Source of the DNA: a virus
Taxonomy: Duplodnaviria; Caudoviricetes
Strand: one strand, 5' to 3'
Virus record (IMG/VR): IMGVR_UViG_3300031152_000005
Span: 1-35,768 of that record
DNA: 35,768 nt
Both the position numbers and the translations under genes were made by a program. Below are positions 1 to 9,068 of this stretch, one piece after another. The notes below the pieces were generated by a model, which did not search any database, was not told where the DNA came from, and worked only from the letters and a program-made list of their open reading frames with translations. Numbering within the stretch: the stretch's first letter is position 1; each line of letters begins with the position of its first letter.

Positions 1-11
1 GTGCTTGCTCA

Positions 12-584
12 TCAGCCCCCCGGCCCACCCTGCACGTAGCCGACAGCGGCCATGTACGCATCGCTATCCTGCAGTCCGTCCAGGTCTTCGTCTGCTCCCA
101 GCGACGCACGGGTTTCCACCTCGGCAATCAGGTCTGCCAGCAGTTCGAACGCCTTGTCTTGCTGCGCCGCCAATTGGCCAGCCGGCAACGCGCCCGAGGC
201 CTGTTCGAAGTTCGTACCGTGCAAAAAGAACCGCTTGAGCTGGTCCTGTCCGGTAGCTGAATTGGGCAAGTTGCGCAGTCCTGAATTGGCAGCTCTAATC
301 AGCTCGAAGACCGCTGCCAACGCGGCTTCTCCTACTCCTACGGTGACCTTGTCGTGCGCCTCCTGCCAATTGAACATGTCCAGAACGATGTTGCGCGCTT
401 CCAAGGCTTGCTCGCGTTCTTTGTCGGGATCGGGCTTTTCGTCGGCGTGGATTTCTCGCAGGACGGCCCAAAGCCAAACCGCCACCGGAGCGCACTTGTC
501 ACGGCCCAGAAGCAAGAAGTTGGGTTCGTCGGGCAGGAGCTTGGACAGACAGTCGTACTGGCTCGGTTGTTGCTTAGTTCCCAT
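12..584 (-). CDS. Hypothetical phage protein
   Basis: 190-aa ORF, AAGGA SD upstream, co-oriented with neighbours; N-terminal YDC...PDEPxFLLLGRD..AP..V..WA segment looks like a recurrent phage motif, function unknown. Confidence 0.7.
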   Translation of the reverse strand: MGTKQQPSQYDCLSKLLPDEPNFLLLGRDKCAPVAVWLWAVLREIHADEKPDPDKEREQALEARNIVLDMFNWQEAHDKVTVGVGEAALAAVFELIRAANSGLRNLPNSATGQDQLKRFFLHGTNFEQASGALPAGQLAAQQDKAFELLADLIAEVETRASLGADEDLDGLQDSDAYMAAVGYVQGGPGG

Positions 585-596
585 GATTCGATTTCC

Positions 597-806
597 TTAG
601 ATTGGTTGGTGCGTGTCTTCGTACTTGCGTCGCGCTTCCACTTTGCACAGAATGTTGTCGGCAAGGGCGTGAGCAGCTTCGTGGTGCGCCCCGTCATTGT
701 GTGTAGGCGCAGTTGCGTGCCGTATCAGCTCCAGCGCGCGCACCAGTTCGTCTTTGTTTACAAGTGGAGCGTAGTTGGCGGGTAAAGTCGGTGGCTTCAT
801 TCTCAT
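597..806 (-). CDS. Small hypothetical protein
   Basis: 69-aa ORF packed between neighbouring minus-strand genes. Confidence 0.6.
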   Translation of the reverse strand: MRMKPPTLPANYAPLVNKDELVRALELIRHATAPTHNDGAHHEAAHALADNILCKVEARRKYEDTHQPI

Positions 807-831
807 TTGCTGTCTTTCTACAGGGGAGGTT

Positions 832-1131
832 TCAATGCAAGTCAGGATCTTTGGCCGGATCTTCCAGCGCGGGGTTGAGGTGTGCGGGTATTTCAGAAGT
901 ACCAGATTCCCAACGGTCGAGCATGTCTTGAACCCAGGCCCTGCCGTCTTCGCGCTCCACGTTGGCGGTGTACTGGGTTACGCCCAGGTGGTGGGCGAGA
1001 AGAACAAACGACACGTCGTCAGATCCGGCTATCTCTTTGAACAGATCGTCCAACGCCTCCGCTACGAGCTTCATTTTCAGGCTCAGCGCGATGACGCCAG
1101 GAGGCAAAGTTGACGGCTTGTCCTGGTTCAT
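832..1131 (-). CDS. Hypothetical phage protein
   Basis: Start moved to ATG at 1131 (MNQDKP...), which overlaps the upstream stop as ATGA. Confidence 0.65.
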   Translation of the reverse strand: MNQDKPSTLPPGVIALSLKMKLVAEALDDLFKEIAGSDDVSFVLLAHHLGVTQYTANVEREDGRAWVQDMLDRWESGTSEIPAHLNPALEDPAKDPDLH

Positions 1132-1319
1132 GACCTGCCCCCGTAAATGATGAATGTAATTAGAACGATCCAAGCGACGAAGACAACGACGGCCGCAGCT
1201 ATGAAAACACCACAAGGTGCGCTCTTAGCTGCAGGCTCGAACTCATACGGCTCGTCATCAAGCGGCCAAGACTGCGGCGTGGGTATCGTGTCTGCGTAGG
1301 GATCTCGGTACTTGTTCAT
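1128..1319 (-). CDS. Small single-pass membrane protein
   Basis: 63 aa with C-terminal hydrophobic run VFIAAAVVVFVAWIVLITFIIY; ATGA coupling on both sides. Confidence 0.65.
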   Translation of the reverse strand: MNKYRDPYADTIPTPQSWPLDDEPYEFEPAAKSAPCGVFIAAAVVVFVAWIVLITFIIYGGRS

Positions 1320-2422
1320 TCGGCCCTCCCGGCTTCGTTGAAGTCGTTAGGCAGAGCCCACGGAACAAGCTCATCCGCCTTTCTTTGAAACTCAGGCGAG
1401 TCTTCTACGGGTCGTGCGAATTCGGGAAGTGGGCGGGGTGCGTCGTCGTAAAACGGCCCGTCGTCTACTGCGCGCATTTGCCTGCTCAGATCGGGAGGGG
1501 GCGTGGAATCGACCTTTTCGAAAGGCCAGGGGGCTGAAAGCAAAGCCGCTTGCTTCTGAATCCTGCCCACGCGAGCGCCGGCCCCCTCCGCAAGAGGAGG
1601 CGTGATGTTAAAGCCCCGTACCTTCTTGCTAAAGATCTCATCTGAAATGATTGTTTCGCGCTCCGAAGCTGCGGTCAGATCCAGGGCTGCGCTCATGACG
1701 CGGTAGGTTTCGTGCGGATCGCCCGACCCGCGGGCTCCGGTAACTGCGACTTTGCCCTCTGCGTCGGTCATAGTGAAGGAGAACGTGCCGTGGTAGTGCT
1801 TGGAGGCGAGTTGTTCGTGGGCCTGCTTCAGTCCATCTTCCAATTCTTCGATACGCTCATACTGCTTATTGTACAACTTCTCCACGTCTTCCACGGACTC
1901 GGCATACGTCTCCACGCCCAGGCCGTCTTCGCCCGGCGCTACTTCCAGCAAGATGTTCGTCACGCTCAACGACTCCAACTTATCGATACGAGCGTCCCGA
2001 GCGTCAATTACAGCGTCGTATTCTTGGATCCGCTCGTGAGCTTGTTCCAAAGCTGCTTCAATTTCTTGGATCCGCGCATTTGCGGCTGTCAGTTCTTTCT
2101 GAATCGCGGGATCTTCCGAGGCCGACGCCAGTGCGGGAGCCGCGCACCCCTTCTTCCGAAGCCAAATTGCCAAAGCCTGCAAGCCAAACGTAGCGAGCAA
2201 AACCGCCTTTTCGCTGCGCACCTTCTGCCCGCCCGGCAAGGCTTCGTCCAAATGATGAAGGGCCGTGCCGATCATTCCCGCCGCCGGGCCGTAGTCGATT
2301 ACCTCGTCCGGGGGAAACGGGGTTGTATCAAAGGTAGCTGGTTCGCGCCTTTGTTCTTCGGCTTCTTTAGCGAGAAGCTCCGCCATTGCGTGCACCATCA
2401 AAATAGTCTTCTTGTCGGTCAT
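1316..2422 (-). CDS. Hypothetical coiled-coil protein
   Basis: 368-aa ORF, GGAG SD; central heptad-rich segments (ANARIQEIEAALEQAHERIQEYDAVIDARDARIDKLE). Confidence 0.75.
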   Translation of the reverse strand: MTDKKTILMVHAMAELLAKEAEEQRREPATFDTTPFPPDEVIDYGPAAGMIGTALHHLDEALPGGQKVRSEKAVLLATFGLQALAIWLRKKGCAAPALASASEDPAIQKELTAANARIQEIEAALEQAHERIQEYDAVIDARDARIDKLESLSVTNILLEVAPGEDGLGVETYAESVEDVEKLYNKQYERIEELEDGLKQAHEQLASKHYHGTFSFTMTDAEGKVAVTGARGSGDPHETYRVMSAALDLTAASERETIISDEIFSKKVRGFNITPPLAEGAGARVGRIQKQAALLSAPWPFEKVDSTPPPDLSRQMRAVDDGPFYDDAPRPLPEFARPVEDSPEFQRKADELVPWALPNDFNEAGRAE

Positions 2423-2474
2423 TACGGTACTCCAGGTTATGGCTCGCTACGGAGCCGGGTTGAAACTATGAACT

Positions 2475-2726
2475 TCAAAGCATAGGAACAGGCTTAGACG
2501 AGGGCTGTACGGGCGACTCGCGGGCCGGTAATTCGTTCCTGACGCAAATGGCCGTCACTGAAGCTCCGCCAGAAGCCTTCAGAATCTTCTGGTTCGTAGA
2601 CAGCCAACTATTACCCGCTAGTGCGCAGGCTTCGTCGGAAGCGAATCCAGGTACTGATAGCATGCTCGCGGCTTTAGCCGGGCCGCTTCCTTGCGTAAGG
2701 ATCAAGGTAATAATCAAAGACCACAT
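2475..2726 (-). CDS. Small exported/membrane-anchored protein
   Basis: N-terminal hydrophobic signal-like stretch (MWSLIITLILT), GFAS..AC..AG..W motif and a second Cys (TAICVR). Confidence 0.65.
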   Translation of the reverse strand: MWSLIITLILTQGSGPAKAASMLSVPGFASDEACALAGNSWLSTNQKILKASGGASVTAICVRNELPARESPVQPSSKPVPML

Positions 2727-2759
2727 GTCGGACTTTCTTTGTTACGGTTACGAGAGCAA

Positions 2760-4841
2760 TCAAAACTTCGTCTTTTTGGCAGGTCCTTTTTCTGAAGGCC
2801 TATTACTTACGTAGTGCTCGCAAGCCTTCGCCCACGGCGCGGACTTCCAAAGTTCCGCATTGCGTACCGCGTACACTCTAACTGTAGAGCCGTCAGCGCG
2901 CTTTACCTTTGTATCGTCGTTGCCGCCCGCTACGATAAATCCAGCGCGCTTTAACTCCCTGGCGAGAGCGTTCGTACTCGCGCGCTTCGTTCCCGCGGGA
3001 TCGAAGAACGTATGAAGCTCAGCGGCCGAAAACAAGTCGCCCTTACCGCCTGCCTTCTGCAGTACCCGATCGGGGTTCTGTCTTAGTTCTAAGACCCACG
3101 ATCCTAAATCGCTCTTGCCCAGTTCAATCATCGATTCCTTACCCGCGGTAGACGGGGCCGGAGAGTGCGGATCGAAGGCGCCTAGATCCATGTCCAACAT
3201 GTAGTACCAAAGCGCCGCCGCGCCCGCGTCGCTCTTCATCCACGCCACGTACTCTGTATGCCGCTGAAAGAGCCCCGCGACTACTTCGTGCACGAAAAAG
3301 CGCCGATCCTGATCGTCCATGAACAAGGCGTCAGGATCGTTAGACGTGAACAGGTAGTTGATTACGTCCGCTATGCTGTACGAAGGAACGTACTTCGGAT
3401 TGAGCCGCAAGGATTTCTGCGTAATCATCGTCATAAGGCGGCGCATATAGCGTCTATCGCCTCTTGACGTAATATCGTCCGCCAAAATGAACTGCTTATT
3501 TTCAGCCCACTCGTTGCGCTCGTCGTCAAGATCTGAATCCTTGATTTCCGCTGAATTGGTTCCGTAAATGCGCATCAACGTATGACCGATGAGCGTTTTG
3601 CCGGAGCCGTGAACGGGACCCCAAATGGCCGCCGCAGTATGCATCTTAACGCCAGGATGCTGAAGCGGATACGCGCACCAGCGTTCGAACCAAAGCCGTG
3701 CGGAACCGTCCCCGCCGAAGATATGGTCCATCAGCCTTTGCCACTCGCCTATGGCGCCCTGCTTCGGTTCTTCGAGCCCCCATCCCGTCCAGACGTTAAG
3801 GCAGCAATCCTCGGTAACGCGATCCTCGCCGGGTGCGTAGCGGAGCTTGGATACGACGGCGCGCGCTGGCCACTTAAGCCACTTCAACGCGCCAGATATT
3901 TCAGTCGTTGACGTACCAGTTTTAGTTTCGCGATACTCCACGTACGTCCAATCGCTAAAGGCGTGAGCGCAGAAGTTGGCTGGAGTCATTCGCATCTTTT
4001 CAACGTGGTCCCATATCAGGCCTGGATTGCGCACGTACAAAACCCGCTCGTTCAGCTTGTGCAGTATTTCGCTACCCGCGTAGGGTTCCGCGTTGTCGAG
4101 CATTTCAGATAGCTTCGCGGGGCCGTGCAATACCAAGAAGTCGTCCAGACCCACCTTGGCATCGCCCTCTGGTTGAAGTCGAACGATGCGAACTTCCGCG
4201 CCTAGATCTAAAAGGCGATCTGAGAGCCTAAGTTCAGCGGCTACCACGTTGGGGTTGGTAGCTGCGTCAGAGTCATAGCAGATGTACACGATCCGTTCTT
4301 GCCAATTGAACTCATCGAACATAGGCAGTAGCGGCATTTCGTTCTTGTTGCTTTGAAAGCTCCAGACACCGCCTAGGCCGATTGTAGGGTGGCCGAACTT
4401 CGTCGCGCACGCCGCTTTCAGTTCGCCTTCGGTAATAATTAACGGAATTGACGGATCCGAAGCGACGTCGGCCCAGTCCACGTCGAACGGCGGTAGGTAC
4501 AGCTCGGTGACGGTGTCTGCAGGCTGCGCATATCTCAACGCCTTACGGCCCGCCATTTTGTCGAAGCCCTTGCGGGTATCTACGACATAGCGGGCTCGAA
4601 AGAAATCTGTGGGATTGCCGGATAAATCGAAGTACGGAATTACAAAGCACTCGTGAGAACTGGGAAGGCCTAATTCCTTAGAGCGGGCCCGCGTCGCTGG
4701 CTCCAGTTGCATCAATGACGCGTCGTCCGCGTTTAGCAACGAGTCTGCGAGCTTGGTCAGCATCAAGCTCTTCACCTCAGACACTGACAAGCCCCCTTCG
4801 GAAAGGGCTTTAACTACGGTCTTGCGTTTAGGTTTTGCCAT
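2760..4841 (-). CDS. DNA primase-helicase (TOPRIM-like DUF3854-type N-terminus + SF3/DUF5906-type NTPase)
   Basis: IITEGELKA, GLGGVW, ICYDSD and KVGLDDFL TOPRIM-type motifs; Walker A GPVHGSGKT, Walker B-like FILADD, motif C LFTSN, DRRF. Confidence 0.88.
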   Translation of the reverse strand: MAKPKRKTVVKALSEGGLSVSEVKSLMLTKLADSLLNADDASLMQLEPATRARSKELGLPSSHECFVIPYFDLSGNPTDFFRARYVVDTRKGFDKMAGRKALRYAQPADTVTELYLPPFDVDWADVASDPSIPLIITEGELKAACATKFGHPTIGLGGVWSFQSNKNEMPLLPMFDEFNWQERIVYICYDSDAATNPNVVAAELRLSDRLLDLGAEVRIVRLQPEGDAKVGLDDFLVLHGPAKLSEMLDNAEPYAGSEILHKLNERVLYVRNPGLIWDHVEKMRMTPANFCAHAFSDWTYVEYRETKTGTSTTEISGALKWLKWPARAVVSKLRYAPGEDRVTEDCCLNVWTGWGLEEPKQGAIGEWQRLMDHIFGGDGSARLWFERWCAYPLQHPGVKMHTAAAIWGPVHGSGKTLIGHTLMRIYGTNSAEIKDSDLDDERNEWAENKQFILADDITSRGDRRYMRRLMTMITQKSLRLNPKYVPSYSIADVINYLFTSNDPDALFMDDQDRRFFVHEVVAGLFQRHTEYVAWMKSDAGAAALWYYMLDMDLGAFDPHSPAPSTAGKESMIELGKSDLGSWVLELRQNPDRVLQKAGGKGDLFSAAELHTFFDPAGTKRASTNALARELKRAGFIVAGGNDDTKVKRADGSTVRVYAVRNAELWKSAPWAKACEHYVSNRPSEKGPAKKTKF

Positions 4842-4867
4842 AAATGCGTATCGGACCTTTTGAGACT

Positions 4868-5010
4868 ACCGGATTACGGCCCGGTGGGCAAGGGTGTCAC
4901 GGAGTACGGGGCCGGGTCGAACACCTAAGGAAGACCTGCCGACAACAAGCCACTCCGAAGTATCACCTGCCGTAACTCAGAGGATCGAGGGCACCCGACT
5001 CCTCCGTGAC
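4868..5010 (-). ncRNA. Candidate structured leader RNA upstream of primase-helicase
   Basis: 9-bp perfect inverted repeat 4896-4904/5002-5010; inner 7-bp pairing 4911-4917/4993-4999 (G-U only on minus strand); small ACCGG/CCGGT hairpin 4868-4885. Confidence 0.35.
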
Positions 5011-5016
5011 GACGCG

Positions 5017-5046
5017 AGTATAGATAGAGCCGCGAACCGCCGTCTA
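5017..5046 (-). promoter_or_regulatory. Putative sigma70-like promoter for the primase operon
   Basis: Minus strand TAGACG-N18-TATACT; predicted start near 5010 coincides with the 5' arm of a leader stem. Confidence 0.4.
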
Positions 5047-5458
5047 CTTATTTCACGTGCGTGGTGCTCGCTGAAACGCCCCGTATAGAAAGAAGGAAGG
5101 CCGGCGAGGGCGCTTAGAACGTAGATAGTACAAGCGCTAGGGCTGGCTATGAAAGGTCCGCGGCTAACTAATGGTTACGGGCAATAACAACGAGTCGGAC
5201 TTTGTCAGTAATTGAAGTAAGTGAGTACTGAGCAGCTGAGTGTGACTTAGATCAAGAATTCGGTTCCTCTATTTTCGTTGTTGGGTTGAGAATCGTGTAT
5301 TTACTGGGTTTCACAGAGTCTTGTAAATTCCACACGCGGCTGCAAGGTGAAATTGCTGTACTAAGCGTGTTGGTTACTGAGCGCTTGGCGGGGAGTGTGG
5401 CGGTTGCTGTAAAGTCAGAAGGTTTAATGGTACGACGAATGAGTGGCAAAACCAGTGA

Positions 5459-5827
5459 GTTCCCCGGTTCCCCGTTCCCCACACTTCTATCCTTTATAGG
5501 GTGAAACGTAATTTCTATTCCTAAAGAGTTTTATAGAGAAAAAGGGGAACTAAGGAACCGTAACTGTGTTGTAGTTGTGTACCGGCCACAGCTAGCGCCG
5601 AGTTCCCCATTCTTTAAACCAACACTTTTCGGTGTGTTTTCGGGCCGAAAAAGGGGAACTAAAAGTGTTGTTAATGCCACAATATCTGTAGCAAGTAATA
5701 CGTCAGACAAAGTAGTAACTCAGTCTCAACTCTCAAATGTTCATTTCGTGGTGTAGAGGTGTTTTTGAGCACTTTGGAATAACGTTACCAATAACTCTCA
5801 AAGACTTACGATTAGTTCCCCTTTTTC
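5459..5827. repeat. Iteron-like repeat cluster (putative replication origin or packaging site)
   Basis: GAAAAAGGGGAACTAA at 5538-5553 and 5647-5662, perfect inverted copy at 5812-5827; core GTTCCCC also at 5459, 5467, 5474 and 5602; AT-richer non-coding region. Confidence 0.75.
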
Positions 5828-5888
5828 CTCTCAACGACGCTTTTGCTTACCTTCAAACGTAACCTTCTGGGAATACTAGGCTCCGTAC

Positions 5889-5913
5889 CTATCGACAGTA
5901 AACTACCGATAGC
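5889..5913 (+). promoter_or_regulatory. Palindromic late-gene motif CTATCG-N12-CGATAGC, copy 1 (before terS)
   Basis: Same arms and same 12-nt spacing recur at 16775-16799; spacer contains TAAACT. Confidence 0.6.
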
Positions 5914-5937
5914 AACTCACTATCTTTGGAGAATGAC

Positions 5938-6408
5938 ATGGCTACGGCAGCCAAGAAGCGAGCAACGCCAGAAACCAAAAAGGTTTCCCGCCCCGAGTCC
6001 AAAGCGCCGCACCCTTCGTTGCGCGCCACCGACATACCTGGCGTGTACTACAACAGCGCTGGGGTTAGGGTAGGTCCTAACGGCGTGGCGATCACGTTTG
6101 CTGAGCTCAAGCGCAAAGACAGAGACAGGTTCCGGGAGGTCCTTGACGAAGACGTCAGCACTCCAGCGGACCTACTCAAGGCTGTCGCCATGGACCCCCG
6201 CCACCCACTGCCGCAGCGTATAGATGCCGCCAACAAGGCAGCTCCGTACTTCACCGCCAAGAGGGTCGCCATTCAAGGGGGAGGTCCCGAGGCGCCGCCC
6301 GTCGATATCCGCGTGCTGATGGAGAAGATGCCGCAGAAGGAGCTTGATAAGTTGGAGAAGCTATTGGCCGCCGCGGAAGAACTGTTGAAACAAGGAGCTA
6401 CGAAGTGA
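5938..6408 (+). CDS. terS: Putative terminase small subunit
   Basis: First gene of late operon, GGAGA SD before ATG 5938; LLKAVAMDP...QRIDAANKAAPYF motif resembling small terminase-like proteins; upstream of terL. Confidence 0.65.
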   Translation: MATAAKKRATPETKKVSRPESKAPHPSLRATDIPGVYYNSAGVRVGPNGVAITFAELKRKDRDRFREVLDEDVSTPADLLKAVAMDPRHPLPQRIDAANKAAPYFTAKRVAIQGGGPEAPPVDIRVLMEKMPQKELDKLEKLLAAAEELLKQGATK

Positions 6409-6617
6409 ACGCAAATGAGTTTGGTAAGGCTGACTCAGGCAGCGACTTTTCGTTCGGGTTGTACGCAGGCGAGGCCGCTGCGGCTCTTCGGAAGCTGGCG
6501 GACAGAATAGAGTTGGGAGAATGCCAGGTGTACCGAGTGTCTGTAACTTCCGAAGCTGATGTGGACGACTTTGCGGGTACTACGCTCAAGATCAAATTTG
6601 CGGAGAAAGTCAAGTGA
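6405..6617 (+). CDS. Small hypothetical protein
   Basis: 70 aa, AAGGAG SD, GTGA overlaps on both sides. Confidence 0.7.
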   Translation: MNANEFGKADSGSDFSFGLYAGEAAAALRKLADRIELGECQVYRVSVTSEADVDDFAGTTLKIKFAEKVK

Positions 6618-7150
6618 GTGACTTCAATCTCTACCTGCCGTTGCTGCTGAGCTTTGAGGGCGGATACGTCAATGACCCGGCCGATCCGGGCGGCGCGACG
6701 AACAAGGGTATCACGCTCAGCACCTTCAAACTCGCTTCCGGTCTGTTTGCGGGCGTAGAGCCCACGTTGGACAACTTGAAGCGGCTGACCGACGCGCAAG
6801 CCGGCATCATCTACAAGCGCATGTATTGGGACAAGCTGAATTCTGACGTTATAGGGTTGCAACCTCTCGCAGAAATGTACACGGACTTCTACGTTAACGC
6901 GGGCGACAACGCGGTACGCGCCATGCAGAAGACGCTCAATGGCTTGCGCCTTCAAACGCCTTTGAACATAGATGGCAAGCACGGCCCTTCTACGCTGCAC
7001 GTCATTTTGATTGCAGACCAAACTGAGCTGTACAAGCGCTACAAGGCAGCCCGCATTTCGTACTACTGGGCCCTGGTCAATGCCAAACCCGCTCTGGGCA
7101 AGTTCCTCAAGGGCTGGCTGAACCGAGTTGCTGCGTTTCCTGAACTATGA
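6614..7150 (+). CDS. Endolysin, glycoside hydrolase family 108 with C-terminal peptidoglycan-binding domain
   Basis: FEGGYVNDPADPGGATNKGIT catalytic motif; IDGKHGPST; C-terminal KFLKGWLNRV. Confidence 0.93.
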   Translation: MSDFNLYLPLLLSFEGGYVNDPADPGGATNKGITLSTFKLASGLFAGVEPTLDNLKRLTDAQAGIIYKRMYWDKLNSDVIGLQPLAEMYTDFYVNAGDNAVRAMQKTLNGLRLQTPLNIDGKHGPSTLHVILIADQTELYKRYKAARISYYWALVNAKPALGKFLKGWLNRVAAFPEL

Positions 7151-7380
7151 ATTGCACCGACGAGTCAGCGTTTGACCTGGAGTACGAAGACCGCGACAGG
7201 GGCTGGGTTCGCCTGGGCGGGTTCGATTCTTTACATGACGCCAAGGACAAGGCGAAGAGTTGTTTTACCAAGAAGGCCCAGAACCAGGCTTCGAGGTTCC
7301 GCATTTTGTGGGTTGGCGGGGCGGTATACGAGTGTACGTTCAAGGTGGGCTCCAGAGTCAACTGGGTGCGCAGGGTATGA
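7147..7380 (+). CDS. Small hypothetical protein
   Basis: 77 aa, ATGA overlaps with the endolysin stop and the terL start. Confidence 0.6.
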   Translation: MNCTDESAFDLEYEDRDRGWVRLGGFDSLHDAKDKAKSCFTKKAQNQASRFRILWVGGAVYECTFKVGSRVNWVRRV

Positions 7381-8882
7381 ACCTCGACGCCTTGCGCCAA
7401 CAGATGTACGCCGCGAAGGCGGAACAGGCCCGCCGCAGCTTTCATCGCTTCTTCGTGGAGTTTGCGTGGCCTGCGTTGATGCCTGCCGTCGAGTTCAAGG
7501 ACAATTGGCACATCCACGCGATCTGCGAGCACCTTGAAGCTCTCAAGAGAGGCGAGATCAAAAAGCTGGTCGTGAACATGCCGTTCCGCCAGCTCAAGTC
7601 CACGATCATTTCACAAGCCTTTATGGCGTGGGACTGGATCGACGATCCTCAGATGCAGTACCTGACAGCCTCGTACGCGAAAGACCTTTCTACGCGCGAT
7701 GCGGTGGCTTCCCGGCGCATTATCGAGTCAGACGCGTACCAACGTGCGTTCGGCGATCGGTTCAAAATGACCACCGATCAGAACGTCAAGACACGCTACG
7801 AAAATAACAAAGGCGGCGGGCGCGTATCCACCTCCACCGATTCTGCGGCTGTGGGCTTCGGTGGCAACAGGCGTATCGTGGATGACCCCGCGGATCCTCG
7901 CCAAGCAGACAGCGCCGCGCACGTACAGGCCAGCGTGGAGTGGTGGAAGGGAGCGTTCTCCACCCGCGCCAACGATCCCGCCAACGATGTGATTGTGTTG
8001 GTACAGCAGCGGCTGAACGAGAACGACACGACGAACCACGTACTCAAAAACGAGTCGGGTTGGGTCCATCTCATGCTGCCAATGCGCTACGAAGCCAAGT
8101 ACACAAAAACCACGGTACTGGGCTTCAAAGATCCGCGGACGAAGGAGGGCGAGCTGATGTTCCCCTCGCGCTTGCCCGAGGCGGACGTTGCTGACTTGGA
8201 AAAGACGTTGGGCCCGTACCACGTTAACGCGCAGCTGCAGCAACGTCCGGAACCGCGCGGCGGGCTCATATTTGACCGCAATCATTGGAAGTACTGGACT
8301 GTACAGACTGACTATGACGAGGTGGTCATTTCTGTGGACTGCTCGTTCAAGAACCTGCAGACGTCGGACCGCGTAGCCATCCACGTCTGGGGTTGCCGAG
8401 GCGCCTCCAACTACCTACTTCACAGAGTATGGGAGCGTCTCAGCTTTACAAAGACGTGCGAAACACTGCTTGGAGTCGTGGCGTTGTTCCCTGACGCTGT
8501 CGCCAAGTTGGTAGAGGACAAGGCGAACGGCTCTGCGGTGATTGACTCGCTACAGAGCCACGTCGGCGGGATAATCGAAGTCAACCCGCAGGGCGGCAAG
8601 GCCGGGCGCGCGTACGCCATGCAGCCCGATCACGTGGCCGGCAACTTCTACCTGCCGCACCCCTCCATCGACCCGAAGATTGAGGTGTTCATAAGCACAG
8701 CTGCGTCGTTTACAGGAGCTGACGGCGGGGAGGATGACGAGATAGACGCCATGACGCAGTTTGCTACGTGGCGCAGGTCTAGATTGAACACGCGAGGCCT
8801 GCACGATTGGATGCGCGAGCAGGCTGCGCAAGCTGAGGCGGCCAGATTGCTCGCCAATCAAATCAACGGACGGAGAAACTGA
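7377..8882 (+). CDS. terL: Terminase large subunit
   Basis: NWHI..ICEHLE, variant Walker A VNMPFRQLKS, ASYA, Walker B IVDDP, VQQRL; nuclease motifs SVDCSFK, VEDKANG, DDEIDA; start moved to ATG 7377 (ATGA coupling). Confidence 0.95.
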   Translation: MNLDALRQQMYAAKAEQARRSFHRFFVEFAWPALMPAVEFKDNWHIHAICEHLEALKRGEIKKLVVNMPFRQLKSTIISQAFMAWDWIDDPQMQYLTASYAKDLSTRDAVASRRIIESDAYQRAFGDRFKMTTDQNVKTRYENNKGGGRVSTSTDSAAVGFGGNRRIVDDPADPRQADSAAHVQASVEWWKGAFSTRANDPANDVIVLVQQRLNENDTTNHVLKNESGWVHLMLPMRYEAKYTKTTVLGFKDPRTKEGELMFPSRLPEADVADLEKTLGPYHVNAQLQQRPEPRGGLIFDRNHWKYWTVQTDYDEVVISVDCSFKNLQTSDRVAIHVWGCRGASNYLLHRVWERLSFTKTCETLLGVVALFPDAVAKLVEDKANGSAVIDSLQSHVGGIIEVNPQGGKAGRAYAMQPDHVAGNFYLPHPSIDPKIEVFISTAASFTGADGGEDDEIDAMTQFATWRRSRLNTRGLHDWMREQAAQAEAARLLANQINGRRN

Positions 8883-8883
8883 C

Positions 8884-9033
8884 ATGAACGAGAATCAATC
8901 GAAGGCGCTGGAACTGATGAAGGCTGCGTTGCTGAAGCCGTCGTTGCTGACGCACGCGGGACTGGTCAAGGTAGAGCCCAAGCCGGCCGACAAGGCTGAA
9001 GAAAAAGCGAAGGAAGAGCCGAAGAAAACCTGA
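8884..9033 (+). CDS. 49-aa Lys/Glu-rich peptide (not in ORF track)
   Basis: GGAGA SD; MNENQSKALELMKAALLKPSLLTHAGLVKVEPKPADKAEEKAKEEPKKT; fills the terL-portal gap. Confidence 0.6.
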   Translation: MNENQSKALELMKAALLKPSLLTHAGLVKVEPKPADKAEEKAKEEPKKT

Positions 9034-9068
9034 GCGCTAGGCAATACAGCAACTCAAGGAGCGCCAAC

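Noticed and set aside
4894-5504. Short ORFs 4894-5088, 5252-5482 and 5286-5504 in the control region
   Set aside because: No convincing SD or protein-like features, mutually overlapping, and within a repeat/structure-rich non-coding region
5457-5620. GAGTTCCCC(G) resembles the start of type I-E CRISPR repeats
   Set aside because: Match is only 9-10 nt, with no GGGGATAAACC half, no regular spacer periodicity and no cas genes; better explained as the local repeat boxes
7260-7376. ORF-track 5' extensions of terL (also 15534, 22577, 26491, 32293, 33248 and 34984 starts)
   Set aside because: They overlap upstream genes extensively; downstream starts with SD sequences or ATGA/GTGA coupling fit better
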